A DNA stretch of 42,985 bases, from contig CAIPHT010000014.1 in assembly GCA_903864935.1 (NCBI GenBank), positions 1 to 42,985 on the forward strand, read 5' to 3'. The notes beneath the pieces were generated by a model, which was given only the letters and a program-made list of their open reading frames with translations, searched no databases and was not told the DNA's origin. The stretch's first letter is position 1, and each line of letters opens with the position of its first letter. The stretch is from Candidatus Vogelbacteria bacterium. GTDB lineage: Bacteria > Patescibacteriota > Minisyncoccia > Phycocordibacterales > XYD1-FULL-46-19. The position numbers were made by a program, and so were the translations under genes. This document shows positions 9,479 through 17,984 of the stretch, in pieces.

Positions 9479-10393
9479 ATGTTTATTATCAAACATCGTC
9501 GTTATTTCTTTGTTTTCTCCCTTGTTCTTATCCTTGTTTCTCTATTCTCTTTAATGACCTATGGACTTAACTTAGGTATTGATTTTAAGGGTGGTTCGAT
9601 TATCGAAGTTGGCTATCTCGCTCAACGTCCCGCTCTTGATCAAATTAAGACGAGCCTCGCCCCGCTTAACCTCGGAGCTTACACCTTGCAACCGGTAGGG
9701 GATAAGGCCGTTTCGATTCGTCTTAAGGAATTAGATCAGACTGGCAAAGATTCTCTAATGAAAGCCTTGTCGCTCAATGGACAAGCTCCCGTTAAAGAAA
9801 ATCAGTCAAGCACCATCGGCCCTTCTCTTGGTAAGGAGCTCGAGACTAAGGGAATGATTGCTATCGTAATTGTTGTCTTGCTCATTATCATCTTCGTTGC
9901 CTTCGCCTTCCGCTCTGTCTCTTATCCAATCAAATCGTGGAAGTATGGGGTGGCCGCAATTATCGCTCTCGTTCACGATATCATTATCGCCGTTGGGGCA
10001 ATGTCGCTCTTAGCTCACTTTTTTGGGGCTGAGGCTGACGCCTTGTTCCTAACGGCCTTGTTGACCATTCTTGGTTTGTCAGTTAATGACACCATTGTTA
10101 TTTTCGACCGTATCCGTGAGAACTTGAGACTTAAGATTAGCAATAGCTTCGAAGAGGAGGTGGGGATTAGTTTGGGTCAAACCATTATTCGCTCAATGAA
10201 CGTTACTTCGACTATCGTTATTGTCTTGGTGGCCATGCTTCTCTTTGGTCCAGTTTCGATCAAATACTTCACCGCCGTCTTGATTGTTGGTATGATCTCG
10301 GGTGCCTACTCGTCCATCTTCGTGGCCGCCCCTGTTCTTGTTGAATGGGAAATGTGGTCCCGCAATAAAGCGGTGGCTAAAATTAAACGCTAA
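9479..10393 (+). CDS. secF: Protein translocase subunit SecF
   Basis: LGIDFKGG, IGPSLG, ALVHD, SVNDTIVIFDRIREN and GAYSSIFVA motifs. ATG 9479, just after the secD stop, preferred. Confidence 0.96.
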   Translation: MFIIKHRRYFFVFSLVLILVSLFSLMTYGLNLGIDFKGGSIIEVGYLAQRPALDQIKTSLAPLNLGAYTLQPVGDKAVSIRLKELDQTGKDSLMKALSLNGQAPVKENQSSTIGPSLGKELETKGMIAIVIVVLLIIIFVAFAFRSVSYPIKSWKYGVAAIIALVHDIIIAVGAMSLLAHFFGAEADALFLTALLTILGLSVNDTIVIFDRIRENLRLKISNSFEEEVGISLGQTIIRSMNVTSTIVIVLVAMLLFGPVSIKYFTAVLIVGMISGAYSSIFVAAPVLVEWEMWSRNKAVAKIKR

Positions 10394-10398
10394 AAAAT

Positions 10399-10435
10399 CC
10401 CCGCCAGACCTCGGGCTCACTTGAGGTCTGGCGGG
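10399..10435. repeat. 37-nt palindromic REP-like element, copy 2
   Basis: cccgccagacctc...gaggtctggcggg, a perfect 13-bp stem immediately after the secF stop. Confidence 0.85.
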
Positions 10436-10442
10436 AGAAGGG

Positions 10443-10470
10443 AAAAAATGGCCTATTTAGGCCATTTTTT
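10443..10470 (+). terminator. Bidirectional intrinsic terminator after secF
   Basis: aaaaaatggcct-attt-aggccatttttt. Confidence 0.8.
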
Positions 10471-10509
10471 GGTGGTTGAGGGTATCTGGGGGAGGGGGCG
10501 AAATTGAGG

Positions 10510-10537
10510 TTGACGGGCTTATTTTTTCCTGTATAAT
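10510..10537 (+). promoter_or_regulatory. 16S rRNA promoter
   Basis: TTGACG-N16-TATAAT about 210 nt upstream of the 16S. Confidence 0.8.
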
Positions 10538-10576
10538 GGCCTAGTCATCGGTTTTTCAACTGGTGGCTATTTAGAC

Positions 10577-10589
10577 AGTCCTTTGACAA
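10577..10589 (+). promoter_or_regulatory. boxA-like rRNA antitermination element
   Basis: AGTCCTTTGACAA in the rrn leader resembles the boxA consensus (GnTCTTTGAAAA type). Confidence 0.5.
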
Positions 10590-10701
10590 TCGAATCACGC
10601 AACAATCAAAATTAATCCTGCGAAGCTTTAATAAAGCGAAGCAGGGCAAACCAGTGCAAATTAAATTTTTTCAGAAGAAAACCCCGCCACGGCGGGACAA
10701 G

Positions 10702-10724
10702 TATTTTTTCTTCTGTTCCGTTCT
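10702..10724 (+). other. 5' arm of the 16S processing stalk (pairs with 12384-12406)
   Basis: tattttttcttctgttccgttct is the reverse complement of agaacggaacagaagaaagaata over 23 nt, with one G-U pair. Confidence 0.85.
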
Positions 10725-10745
10725 ATTAAGCTAAATCAAATTGCT

Positions 10746-12239
<1,494 letters not shown>

Positions 12240-12383
12240 TTGAACGGTCTTGTCGCAAGATAAGACAATTGGCGATTTCTCTCCTCAAGAGAGAAGCAGG
12301 TGATGATTCTATTTTCACCAATTGAATTCTTTTCGAAGGAATTCAAAGAACAATGAATCTGAGTTCTATCTCATTAATCTAGA

Positions 12384-12406
12384 AGAACGGAACAGAAGAA
12401 AGAATA
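12384..12406 (+). other. 3' arm of the 16S processing stalk
   Basis: Complementary to 10702-10724. Confidence 0.85.
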
Positions 12407-12432
12407 TTTTCTCTGGAGTTAGTTTTGATAAC

Positions 12433-12460
12433 AAAAGAGGCCTTAATAGGGGTCTTTTTT
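12433..12460 (+). terminator. Probable terminator of the 16S-only transcript
   Basis: aaaagaggcc...ggtctttttt stem (two G-U pairs) with a T tract. Confidence 0.6.
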
Positions 12461-12509
12461 GCGTTGTTTTTAAAGCCCTGCCCCGTGGGAGAGAAGCGAC
12501 TCTACGGGG

Positions 12510-12537
12510 TTGACAAAGGCTGTGGTTATGCTATAAT
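12510..12537 (+). promoter_or_regulatory. Consensus sigma70 promoter for orphan gene 12609
   Basis: TTGACA-N16-TATAAT with TGn extension; preceded by the hairpin ccccgt...acgggg (12481-12509). Confidence 0.85.
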
Positions 12538-12608
12538 AGAGGATGGAAGGGTATTAAATGTTCTTAAAACCAGGCTCGCTTAGCGGGCCAAGCAGAAGGA
12601 GAAGAGAG

Positions 12609-12890
12609 ATGAAGAGTTTCCTTAAAGGCCTCGCGGCCTTCGTGGCTTGTTGCGTTGTCTTCGTTGTCCTGGTTGCCGTTCTTGGCGGGCCAGTCCTGGG
12701 CTTTTTCCAGGATGAGCCGGTCATCTATGTCAAAACCTCGACGGGCGAAGCCTTCGAGGCGAAGACCTACGACCGGGAGGGGAAGGAAGTTTGGCATTCG
12801 GCCAGCTGGGCTCGGGCTCACCGAAACGAATGCCGGGCAGAATCCACCGGCAACGGCTATAAGGTCCACTCAGCAGAGTGGGTGGATTGA
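12609..12890 (+). CDS. Small exported or membrane-anchored orphan protein (93 aa)
   Basis: MK plus a hydrophobic N-terminus; AAGGAG at 12596-12601; strong upstream promoter. ATG 12609 preferred over 12558. Confidence 0.6.
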   Translation: MKSFLKGLAAFVACCVVFVVLVAVLGGPVLGFFQDEPVIYVKTSTGEAFEAKTYDREGKEVWHSASWARAHRNECRAESTGNGYKVHSAEWVD

Positions 12891-12906
12891 CTCCTATCTA
12901 CTGACC

Positions 12907-12934
12907 GCCCCTCAGCCTCTCGTGAGGTTGGGGC
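12907..12934 (+). terminator. GC-rich hairpin after gene 12609 (no clear U tract)
   Basis: gcccc(tc)agcctc-tcgt-gaggttggggc. Confidence 0.35.
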
Positions 12935-12996
12935 ATGCGGAACTTCGAGGCGCTCAGTTCGGTTTGTATACCGGGCTGGGCGCTTTATTGTTTAGG

Positions 12997-13025
12997 TTGA
13001 AATTAGAGGCGTTTTTTGATAGGAT
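12997..13025 (+). promoter_or_regulatory. Promoter for the tRNA-Ile locus
   Basis: TTGAAA-N17-TAGGAT with TGn extension. Confidence 0.55.
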
Positions 13026-13106
13026 TTAGATTGTCCCTCCTCGTTCGCCCTGGCGAACTTCGTCGGGACGCTAAATTTTTATAGTCGCTCCGCTTCTTAA
13101 AAATTT

Positions 13107-13164
13107 GCGCGTGTAGCTCAGGCTTGCCCGCCTTAGGCGGGTGAAGTTAGGCGCGTCACTGATA
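13107..13164 (+). pseudogene. Degenerate 5' half of tRNA-Ile with a palindromic insertion in the D-loop
   Basis: First 16 nt are identical to the tRNA, followed by the insert cttgcccgccttaggcgggtgaa, then GTTAG-GCGCGTCACTGATA, ending at position 37. Confidence 0.85.
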
Positions 13165-13226
13165 TAATCAGTATACTGTCGGTTCGCTCGTTGAAAATCA
13201 AAAGATAGGCCCTTAGTGCTTTTGGT

Positions 13227-13303
13227 GCGCGTGTAGCTCAGGTGGTTAGAGCGCGTCACTGATAATGACGAGGTCGTAGGTTCGAGTCCTACCATGCGCA
13301 CCA
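13227..13303 (+). tRNA. tRNA-Ile(GAT) with encoded CCA
   Basis: Full 77-nt cloverleaf: acceptor GCGCGTG/CATGCGC, D stem GCTC/GAGC, anticodon stem CGTCA/TGACG with loop CTGATAA, T arm GTAGG-TTCGAGT-CCTAC, then ACCA. Confidence 0.98.
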
Positions 13304-13346
13304 AGTGCAGTAGGCATATCTTTTGATTTTAACTCGATGCCAACAG

Positions 13347-13385
13347 TAATGACGAGGTCGTAGGTTCGAGTCCTACCATGCGCAC
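13347..13385 (+). repeat. Exact 39-bp copy of the tRNA-Ile 3' half (att-like direct repeat)
   Basis: taatgacgaggtcgtaggttcgagtcctaccatgcgcac is identical to 13263-13301. Confidence 0.95.
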
Positions 13386-13392
13386 TAGGGGG

Positions 13393-13423
13393 AAAACAGT
13401 CTCTGTTTAGGGTACTGTTTTTT
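13393..13423 (+). terminator. Intrinsic terminator after the tRNA locus
   Basis: aaaacagt...actgtttt stem with a T tract. Confidence 0.7.
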
Positions 13424-13425
13424 GT

Positions 13426-13454
13426 TTGACTTAATTAAATATAAGTGGTACTTT
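13426..13454 (+). promoter_or_regulatory. Promoter for orphan gene 13525
   Basis: TTGACT-N17-TACTTT with TGn extension. Confidence 0.65.
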
Positions 13455-13510
13455 CGAAGCAGACTGCTTGTTAGGCTTTGTGGCCTGATAAAAATAGAAT
13501 CCAACCCTTG

Positions 13511-13521
13511 AAGGAGGTGAT
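13511..13521 (+). promoter_or_regulatory. Full-length Shine-Dalgarno sequence
   Basis: AAGGAGGTGAT is the exact complement of the canonical anti-SD AUCACCUCCUU; ATG at 13525. Confidence 0.8.
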
Positions 13522-13524
13522 AAG

Positions 13525-14001
13525 ATGAAGATTGCCATGATTAGCAAAAACAACTTTCTCCCTGGTCGGGGGGAGGGTTGGCCCAGAATTGTTAATGGTC
13601 ACGAAGTTTACCTTATTCAGGGTCGCCCTGAAACTCCCGAGAGTCTTCGTCGAGACATGAGAAGGGCCGCTGATTATCCTCGAGTCAGAAGTGTCGACTC
13701 GAGACTTGAGGCACGTAGAGACTGGGAATCCCTTAGTCGACTCCTTCCCACACTGGATAGAGTGATTGTCTATGTTGGTACCGATGGGTCTGATGAGAAC
13801 ATCGACCTTGCTGCGAAGCATTGCGGTACGAGGGTCCCTGTGACCTTCGTCTTCTGTGATTGTAATCTTGACCTCAAGAAACAGCTTCTTGCGAGTAACG
13901 GATTTGACCGGGAGAAGTTTGTCCTATGTCTTTGCGGCGGGAAGGAGAAGATGGAGGAGATTTACGAAAGGTTCATAGAGACAGGGGAACTCCCTGTCTA
14001 A
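13525..14001 (+). CDS. Orphan alpha/beta protein with two CxC motifs (158 aa)
   Basis: Own promoter, SD and terminator; FVFCDCN and VLCLCGG motifs. Confidence 0.75.
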   Translation: MKIAMISKNNFLPGRGEGWPRIVNGHEVYLIQGRPETPESLRRDMRRAADYPRVRSVDSRLEARRDWESLSRLLPTLDRVIVYVGTDGSDENIDLAAKHCGTRVPVTFVFCDCNLDLKKQLLASNGFDREKFVLCLCGGKEKMEEIYERFIETGELPV

Positions 14002-14004
14002 CAG

Positions 14005-14044
14005 CAGCCCCTGGCGGATACCCATCCGCCAGGGGCTGGTTTTT
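14005..14044 (+). terminator. Strong intrinsic terminator
   Basis: Perfect 15-bp stem cagcccctggcggat-accc-atccgccaggggctg followed by GTTTTT. Confidence 0.9.
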
Positions 14045-14077
14045 GTCTCTTCGGGGACTTATGCTAGAATGCTTTAT

Positions 14078-17000
14078 ATGGAAATCAAATCTAGATTTGA
14101 ATTTTTTAGACGAGATAATATTACTTATCTTGATAGTGCCGCGACAACTCAAGTTCCTGATCAAGTGATTCGATCAGTGGAACAAGTTTTGCAATACCGA
14201 GGCAACCCAAGTCGTAGCGCTCATTTAGTTTCTCTCCGCAATGAAGAGTTGCTAGCTGAGGCCAGAGCTAATATTGCCAAATTTATTGGGGCTGAAGCTG
14301 AAGAGATCGTTTTCTCTGGTAATGCTACTGGGGCCTTAAATCTAGCTGTTGATTCTATTGCTGATCTGATTAAGAAAGATGACGAGATAATTATCTCCGT
14401 GGCTGAACATAATTCTAATATGTTGCCTTATCTTAAGTTGGTAAAAAGAGGGGCGAATATTCGAATTGTCGGGATCAAAGATGGGGTAGTGAGTCTTGAT
14501 GAAATTAAGAAGACCCTAAACGACAAAACAAAAATTGTCGCCATTGGCCATTGTTCCAATGTTTTGGGCAATATTAATGATGTCGAAGAAATTGGGAAGA
14601 TTGTCAAAGATCATAACAAAGACATTTTTTATTTTATTGATGGGACCCAAGCCGTGGCGCATCTCCCCGTTGACGTGAAGAAAATTCAAGTTGATTTCTA
14701 TGCTTTCTCCAGTCACAAGATGTATGGTCCCGATGGTGTGGGTGTTTTGTTTATTAAAAAAGATATTCATCATTTATTAACTCCTACTCAAGTTGGCGGG
14801 GGGACAGTGAAGAACGTGGCTGTTACTTATGGTCAAGAAAAGGATATTATTTCTCCTGAGTATCATCAATCTCTAATTACGTTAGAAGGGGGGACACCGA
14901 ACACTTCAAATATTATTGGTCTTTCAAGAGCGGTTTATTTTATCCGTTCTCTTGGGTTAGAAAATATCAGGAAGCATGAATTAGAGTTATTAGAATATCT
15001 TATTGAGGGATTAAAGAAGATAGAGGAAGTTATCGTTTTTGGCCCTGAAGATTTTACTAAAAAAATTGGCCTAGCTTCTTTTGGCTTAAAAGACCATTCC
15101 GTAAAAGAGCTCGGTGATTATCTTGGCCGTCAAAAGATTTGTATTCGTTATGGTTCCCATTGCGCTTTTCCTTTGGCCGATAAATTGGGCCAAGAGAGTC
15201 TGCGTATTAGTTTTGGGGCTTATTCTGATATTGAGGACATTGATCGAATATTGGGCGAAATAAAACTCTTTTTTGATAAGAAAAAAGGTCTGATAAAAAA
15301 TCCTAATTTAGAAATTCTTAAGAATAAAATTTATTACAAAAATACTTTTATCACTCAATCGATAGGGTCTATTTTGGATAAATTAAGATCTGCTATATAT
15401 AATCCAGCTGAGACAGAAGTTGTTGTTATGGGTGGTCATTTCTTGGCTATCCCGGACATGCAAGATAATAAATTTTGGCCCAGTATCAAGCCGATGCTAC
15501 CAGAGAGGCTTCATGGTTTACTTGAAGAGTTCGGGATGACTTCTTTCCCCCTATTTTCCTGGGAGATGGCTTGCCAGACTGTGTCGAAACTTAAAGAACA
15601 AGGCGTTAGGGCCAAGCTTCTTATTGTGGCTAACGATACCACTGGGATTAACGAATTGAGACTTTCTAGCGCTAATAAAAATTCTCGGACAGCCGAATCT
15701 TATCGAGATGAATTACTGGCTCTGTTTGCTGGGGATGACGGAATACCCAAAGAATATGTCGAGATCTTAAAGAAATACAAATTAAGCAAAAAGGACCTTA
15801 TTAAAAGTGGTAAGGACTGCTTTATGCGGGAGACTATCTTACGCGCTAATTTCAAGAAATTTATCAGCGGAAATAAGAAATTCTTTGATGGGGTTATAAA
15901 TTATTCGGCCGAGGAAGGGGAGAACATTGATGTCGCTATTAATATTCTTGATAACCAGCAAATAAAGACTTGTAGCTTCCAAACCTTTAATTCTAAGACG
16001 GGAGGAAGATTTTGTATCGCTGAAGTCGCCGAATTGATGGCGGAGCTATTTGGTAAGGCCCCAGATGTTAACTTCGATTTCTTAAAAGAAAAAGTTAAGG
16101 AACCAAAAATTGAAGGCAAACATAAAATTTTTGTCATGTATTCTCCGGCCATGTGTGATAACGCTATCACAAGAGGAGGGGAACTCTACACGAAGGTGTT
16201 TTTGCAAGAAAAAGGTGTGGGTTCCTTTAAATTCTTTAATATACCATTAGGCCCTAATGCTGAGAGAGATCTTGCGATAGGCACTGAGATGAAATATATT
16301 TCAGATAAGGATTCGCTTGAGGTCTTGAATGTTGAGACTGAGCCAAGTTTTGCTGATCTGTGGAAGATTACTGAATATAATCTTCTCTATAATAGTAGCG
16401 CTTATGCTGATGAGGTAGAAAGTGTTTTTGAGAAAATTGGTATCAATAAAAATTCTAAGATATTGGACACTTGTGTCGGCCCTGGCTTTTTCTCGACCGA
16501 ATTACTGCAGCGAGGCTATAATTTAAGTACGGCTGATATTAGCGAAGAGACAATTAAACCATTTTATAAAGGTCTAGAGGAACTTGGGATTGAACATAAA
16601 GTTACCAAGTCTGCTTGGCTAGATTTGCCGAAGAATTATACTAAAGAATCTTTTGATATCCTCTTTAATCGTGGAAACTCGTTTATTTATGCCGCTGGCG
16701 GCTGGAATGAGGAACTTCCTGTAAACAAGGAGAAGTCGTTAGAAATTTTCTCGCAAACCTTGAAGATTTATTATGACTTACTAAAACCAGGAGCTTATCT
16801 CTATATTGATAAGTTTAGAGACTCAGAAATCCCCGACAAAAAAGTTGCGGCCAGACTAGAGATTACGGATTCTAAAGAAGAAAAGGATGTCATGTTTTTA
16901 GTAGAAAGACGCCCTGAAGAAAATACACGTTTTGCCCAATTGTCCTTGCGTGATACCTCTGATAATAAGGAGAAAATGATGTTGACGGGGTTGGTCTATG

Positions 17001-17113
17001 ATCTCAGTGAGGGAGAAATGGAGGATTTGTTAAAGAATGTCGGTTTCAAAAAGGTAGACAAATTAAGTCTTAAAGAAGAAAGGCATTTCGTTGTTTGGTT
17101 GGCGCAAAAATAA
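14078..17113 (+). CDS. Three-domain fusion: group II (SufS/CsdA-like) cysteine desulfurase + unknown domain + class I SAM methyltransferase
   Basis: YLDSAATTQ, EHNSN, DGTQ, SSHKMYGP (PLP Lys) and RYGSHCA (catalytic Cys); C-terminal LDTCVGPG and NRGNSF. ATG 14078 preferred because 14069 overlaps the -10 box TGCTAGAAT. Confidence 0.88.
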   Translation: MEIKSRFEFFRRDNITYLDSAATTQVPDQVIRSVEQVLQYRGNPSRSAHLVSLRNEELLAEARANIAKFIGAEAEEIVFSGNATGALNLAVDSIADLIKKDDEIIISVAEHNSNMLPYLKLVKRGANIRIVGIKDGVVSLDEIKKTLNDKTKIVAIGHCSNVLGNINDVEEIGKIVKDHNKDIFYFIDGTQAVAHLPVDVKKIQVDFYAFSSHKMYGPDGVGVLFIKKDIHHLLTPTQVGGGTVKNVAVTYGQEKDIISPEYHQSLITLEGGTPNTSNIIGLSRAVYFIRSLGLENIRKHELELLEYLIEGLKKIEEVIVFGPEDFTKKIGLASFGLKDHSVKELGDYLGRQKICIRYGSHCAFPLADKLGQESLRISFGAYSDIEDIDRILGEIKLFFDKKKGLIKNPNLEILKNKIYYKNTFITQSIGSILDKLRSAIYNPAETEVVVMGGHFLAIPDMQDNKFWPSIKPMLPERLHGLLEEFGMTSFPLFSWEMACQTVSKLKEQGVRAKLLIVANDTTGINELRLSSANKNSRTAESYRDELLALFAGDDGIPKEYVEILKKYKLSKKDLIKSGKDCFMRETILRANFKKFISGNKKFFDGVINYSAEEGENIDVAINILDNQQIKTCSFQTFNSKTGGRFCIAEVAELMAELFGKAPDVNFDFLKEKVKEPKIEGKHKIFVMYSPAMCDNAITRGGELYTKVFLQEKGVGSFKFFNIPLGPNAERDLAIGTEMKYISDKDSLEVLNVETEPSFADLWKITEYNLLYNSSAYADEVESVFEKIGINKNSKILDTCVGPGFFSTELLQRGYNLSTADISEETIKPFYKGLEELGIEHKVTKSAWLDLPKNYTKESFDILFNRGNSFIYAAGGWNEELPVNKEKSLEIFSQTLKIYYDLLKPGAYLYIDKFRDSEIPDKKVAARLEITDSKEEKDVMFLVERRPEENTRFAQLSLRDTSDNKEKMMLTGLVYDLSEGEMEDLLKNVGFKKVDKLSLKEERHFVVWLAQK

Positions 17114-17131
17114 GAGATTAGACAAATAATT

Positions 17132-17935
17132 TTGGAAGATACAAATAGCAAGAAAATTTTAGAAATACATGCCAACCCAACCTTAGATGAGGTTTGGGAT
17201 TTATGTGTAAGGAATTTCCTTTATGATCAAAAAAAGTATGTGAACGAAGTACTAGAAATTTTTGCTCGACTTGGGATAACCAAAGAATCAAAGATCGCTG
17301 ATGTTAGTGCTGGCGGGGGATTTCCCGCTCTTAATCTTATTGCTTTGGGCTACAAGGTGGATTGTTTTGATGGCTTTGCCACCGACTTATTTGATCAAAA
17401 TGCCAAAAAAGAGGGGCAAGATGTGACATGTAAAAAGGCTCTTTGGGAGGAACTCCCTGAGCTGGTTTCTCCTGGCGAGTATGATTTTGTTTTTTGTCGA
17501 GGCAATTCATTTATTTATGCTGGCGGGGGTTGGTCAGAAACATCCGGTTTTGATATTGAGAAGGTTAGAGCTGATTATATTAAAACGGCCAAAATTTTTG
17601 CCGGGATGTTAAAGGCCGGTGGCTATATGTATATAGATAAATTCAAAGATAGCGAACTTGGGTATAGAGAAAAACTTGCCACAATAAAAGTTGGGAGCAA
17701 CCTTGAGGACTTAGTATTTTTTTCAGAAAGATCCCCTGAAAGTAAGTTAAGAAAGGCTTCTGTCCAAAGAATGGCTGGTGGAGATGTAACTAACTTTGAG
17801 GTAAAAATTACTTATGATCTATCAAAAGAAGAATTAATTAATTTTTTGAAAGAGGGAGGATTTTCTGATGTTGAGGTTATTAATTCTGAGGTCCCCGAAG
17901 AGAAGCATTTTGACGTCTGGTTGGCAAAAAAGTAG
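17132..17935 (+). CDS. Class I SAM-dependent methyltransferase, glycine/sarcosine N-methyltransferase-like; paralog of the upstream C-terminal domain
   Basis: IADVSAGGG motif I and FCRGNSFIYAGGGW; TTG start. Confidence 0.82.
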   Translation: MEDTNSKKILEIHANPTLDEVWDLCVRNFLYDQKKYVNEVLEIFARLGITKESKIADVSAGGGFPALNLIALGYKVDCFDGFATDLFDQNAKKEGQDVTCKKALWEELPELVSPGEYDFVFCRGNSFIYAGGGWSETSGFDIEKVRADYIKTAKIFAGMLKAGGYMYIDKFKDSELGYREKLATIKVGSNLEDLVFFSERSPESKLRKASVQRMAGGDVTNFEVKITYDLSKEELINFLKEGGFSDVEVINSEVPEEKHFDVWLAKK

Positions 17936-17949
17936 CCATCTCTTAGCTT

Positions 17950-17978
17950 TTGGCCTCTTTCTTGTCTTGTGCTAAAAT
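17950..17978 (+). promoter_or_regulatory. murD promoter (leaderless geometry)
   Basis: TTGGCC-N17-TAAAAT with TGn extension, 6 nt before ATG. Confidence 0.65.
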
Positions 17979-17984
17979 GCCTTT

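Noticed and set aside
12655-13029. 124-aa alternative ORF overlapping gene 12609
   Set aside because: Runs through hairpins and a promoter, has no start signals, and is out of frame with the better-supported ORF.
13165-13348. Spliceable tRNA intron at 37/38 (bulge-helix-bulge or group I)
   Set aside because: Only 3 of 4 central BHB pairs form (CTG/CAG), the flanking intron helix is missing, no group I core is visible, and the 5' exon has a broken D-arm.
14078-15280. Ordinary Suf Fe-S assembly SufS
   Set aside because: No sufBCD/sufU/sufE neighbours, and the two extra fused domains are unexplained by that role. A moonlighting housekeeping role cannot be excluded.
14078-17113. DNA phosphorothioation (DndA/SspA plus DndC/SspD) interpretation
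   Set aside because: The central domain lacks the PAPS-reductase SGGKDS motif, and no other dnd/ssp genes are present.
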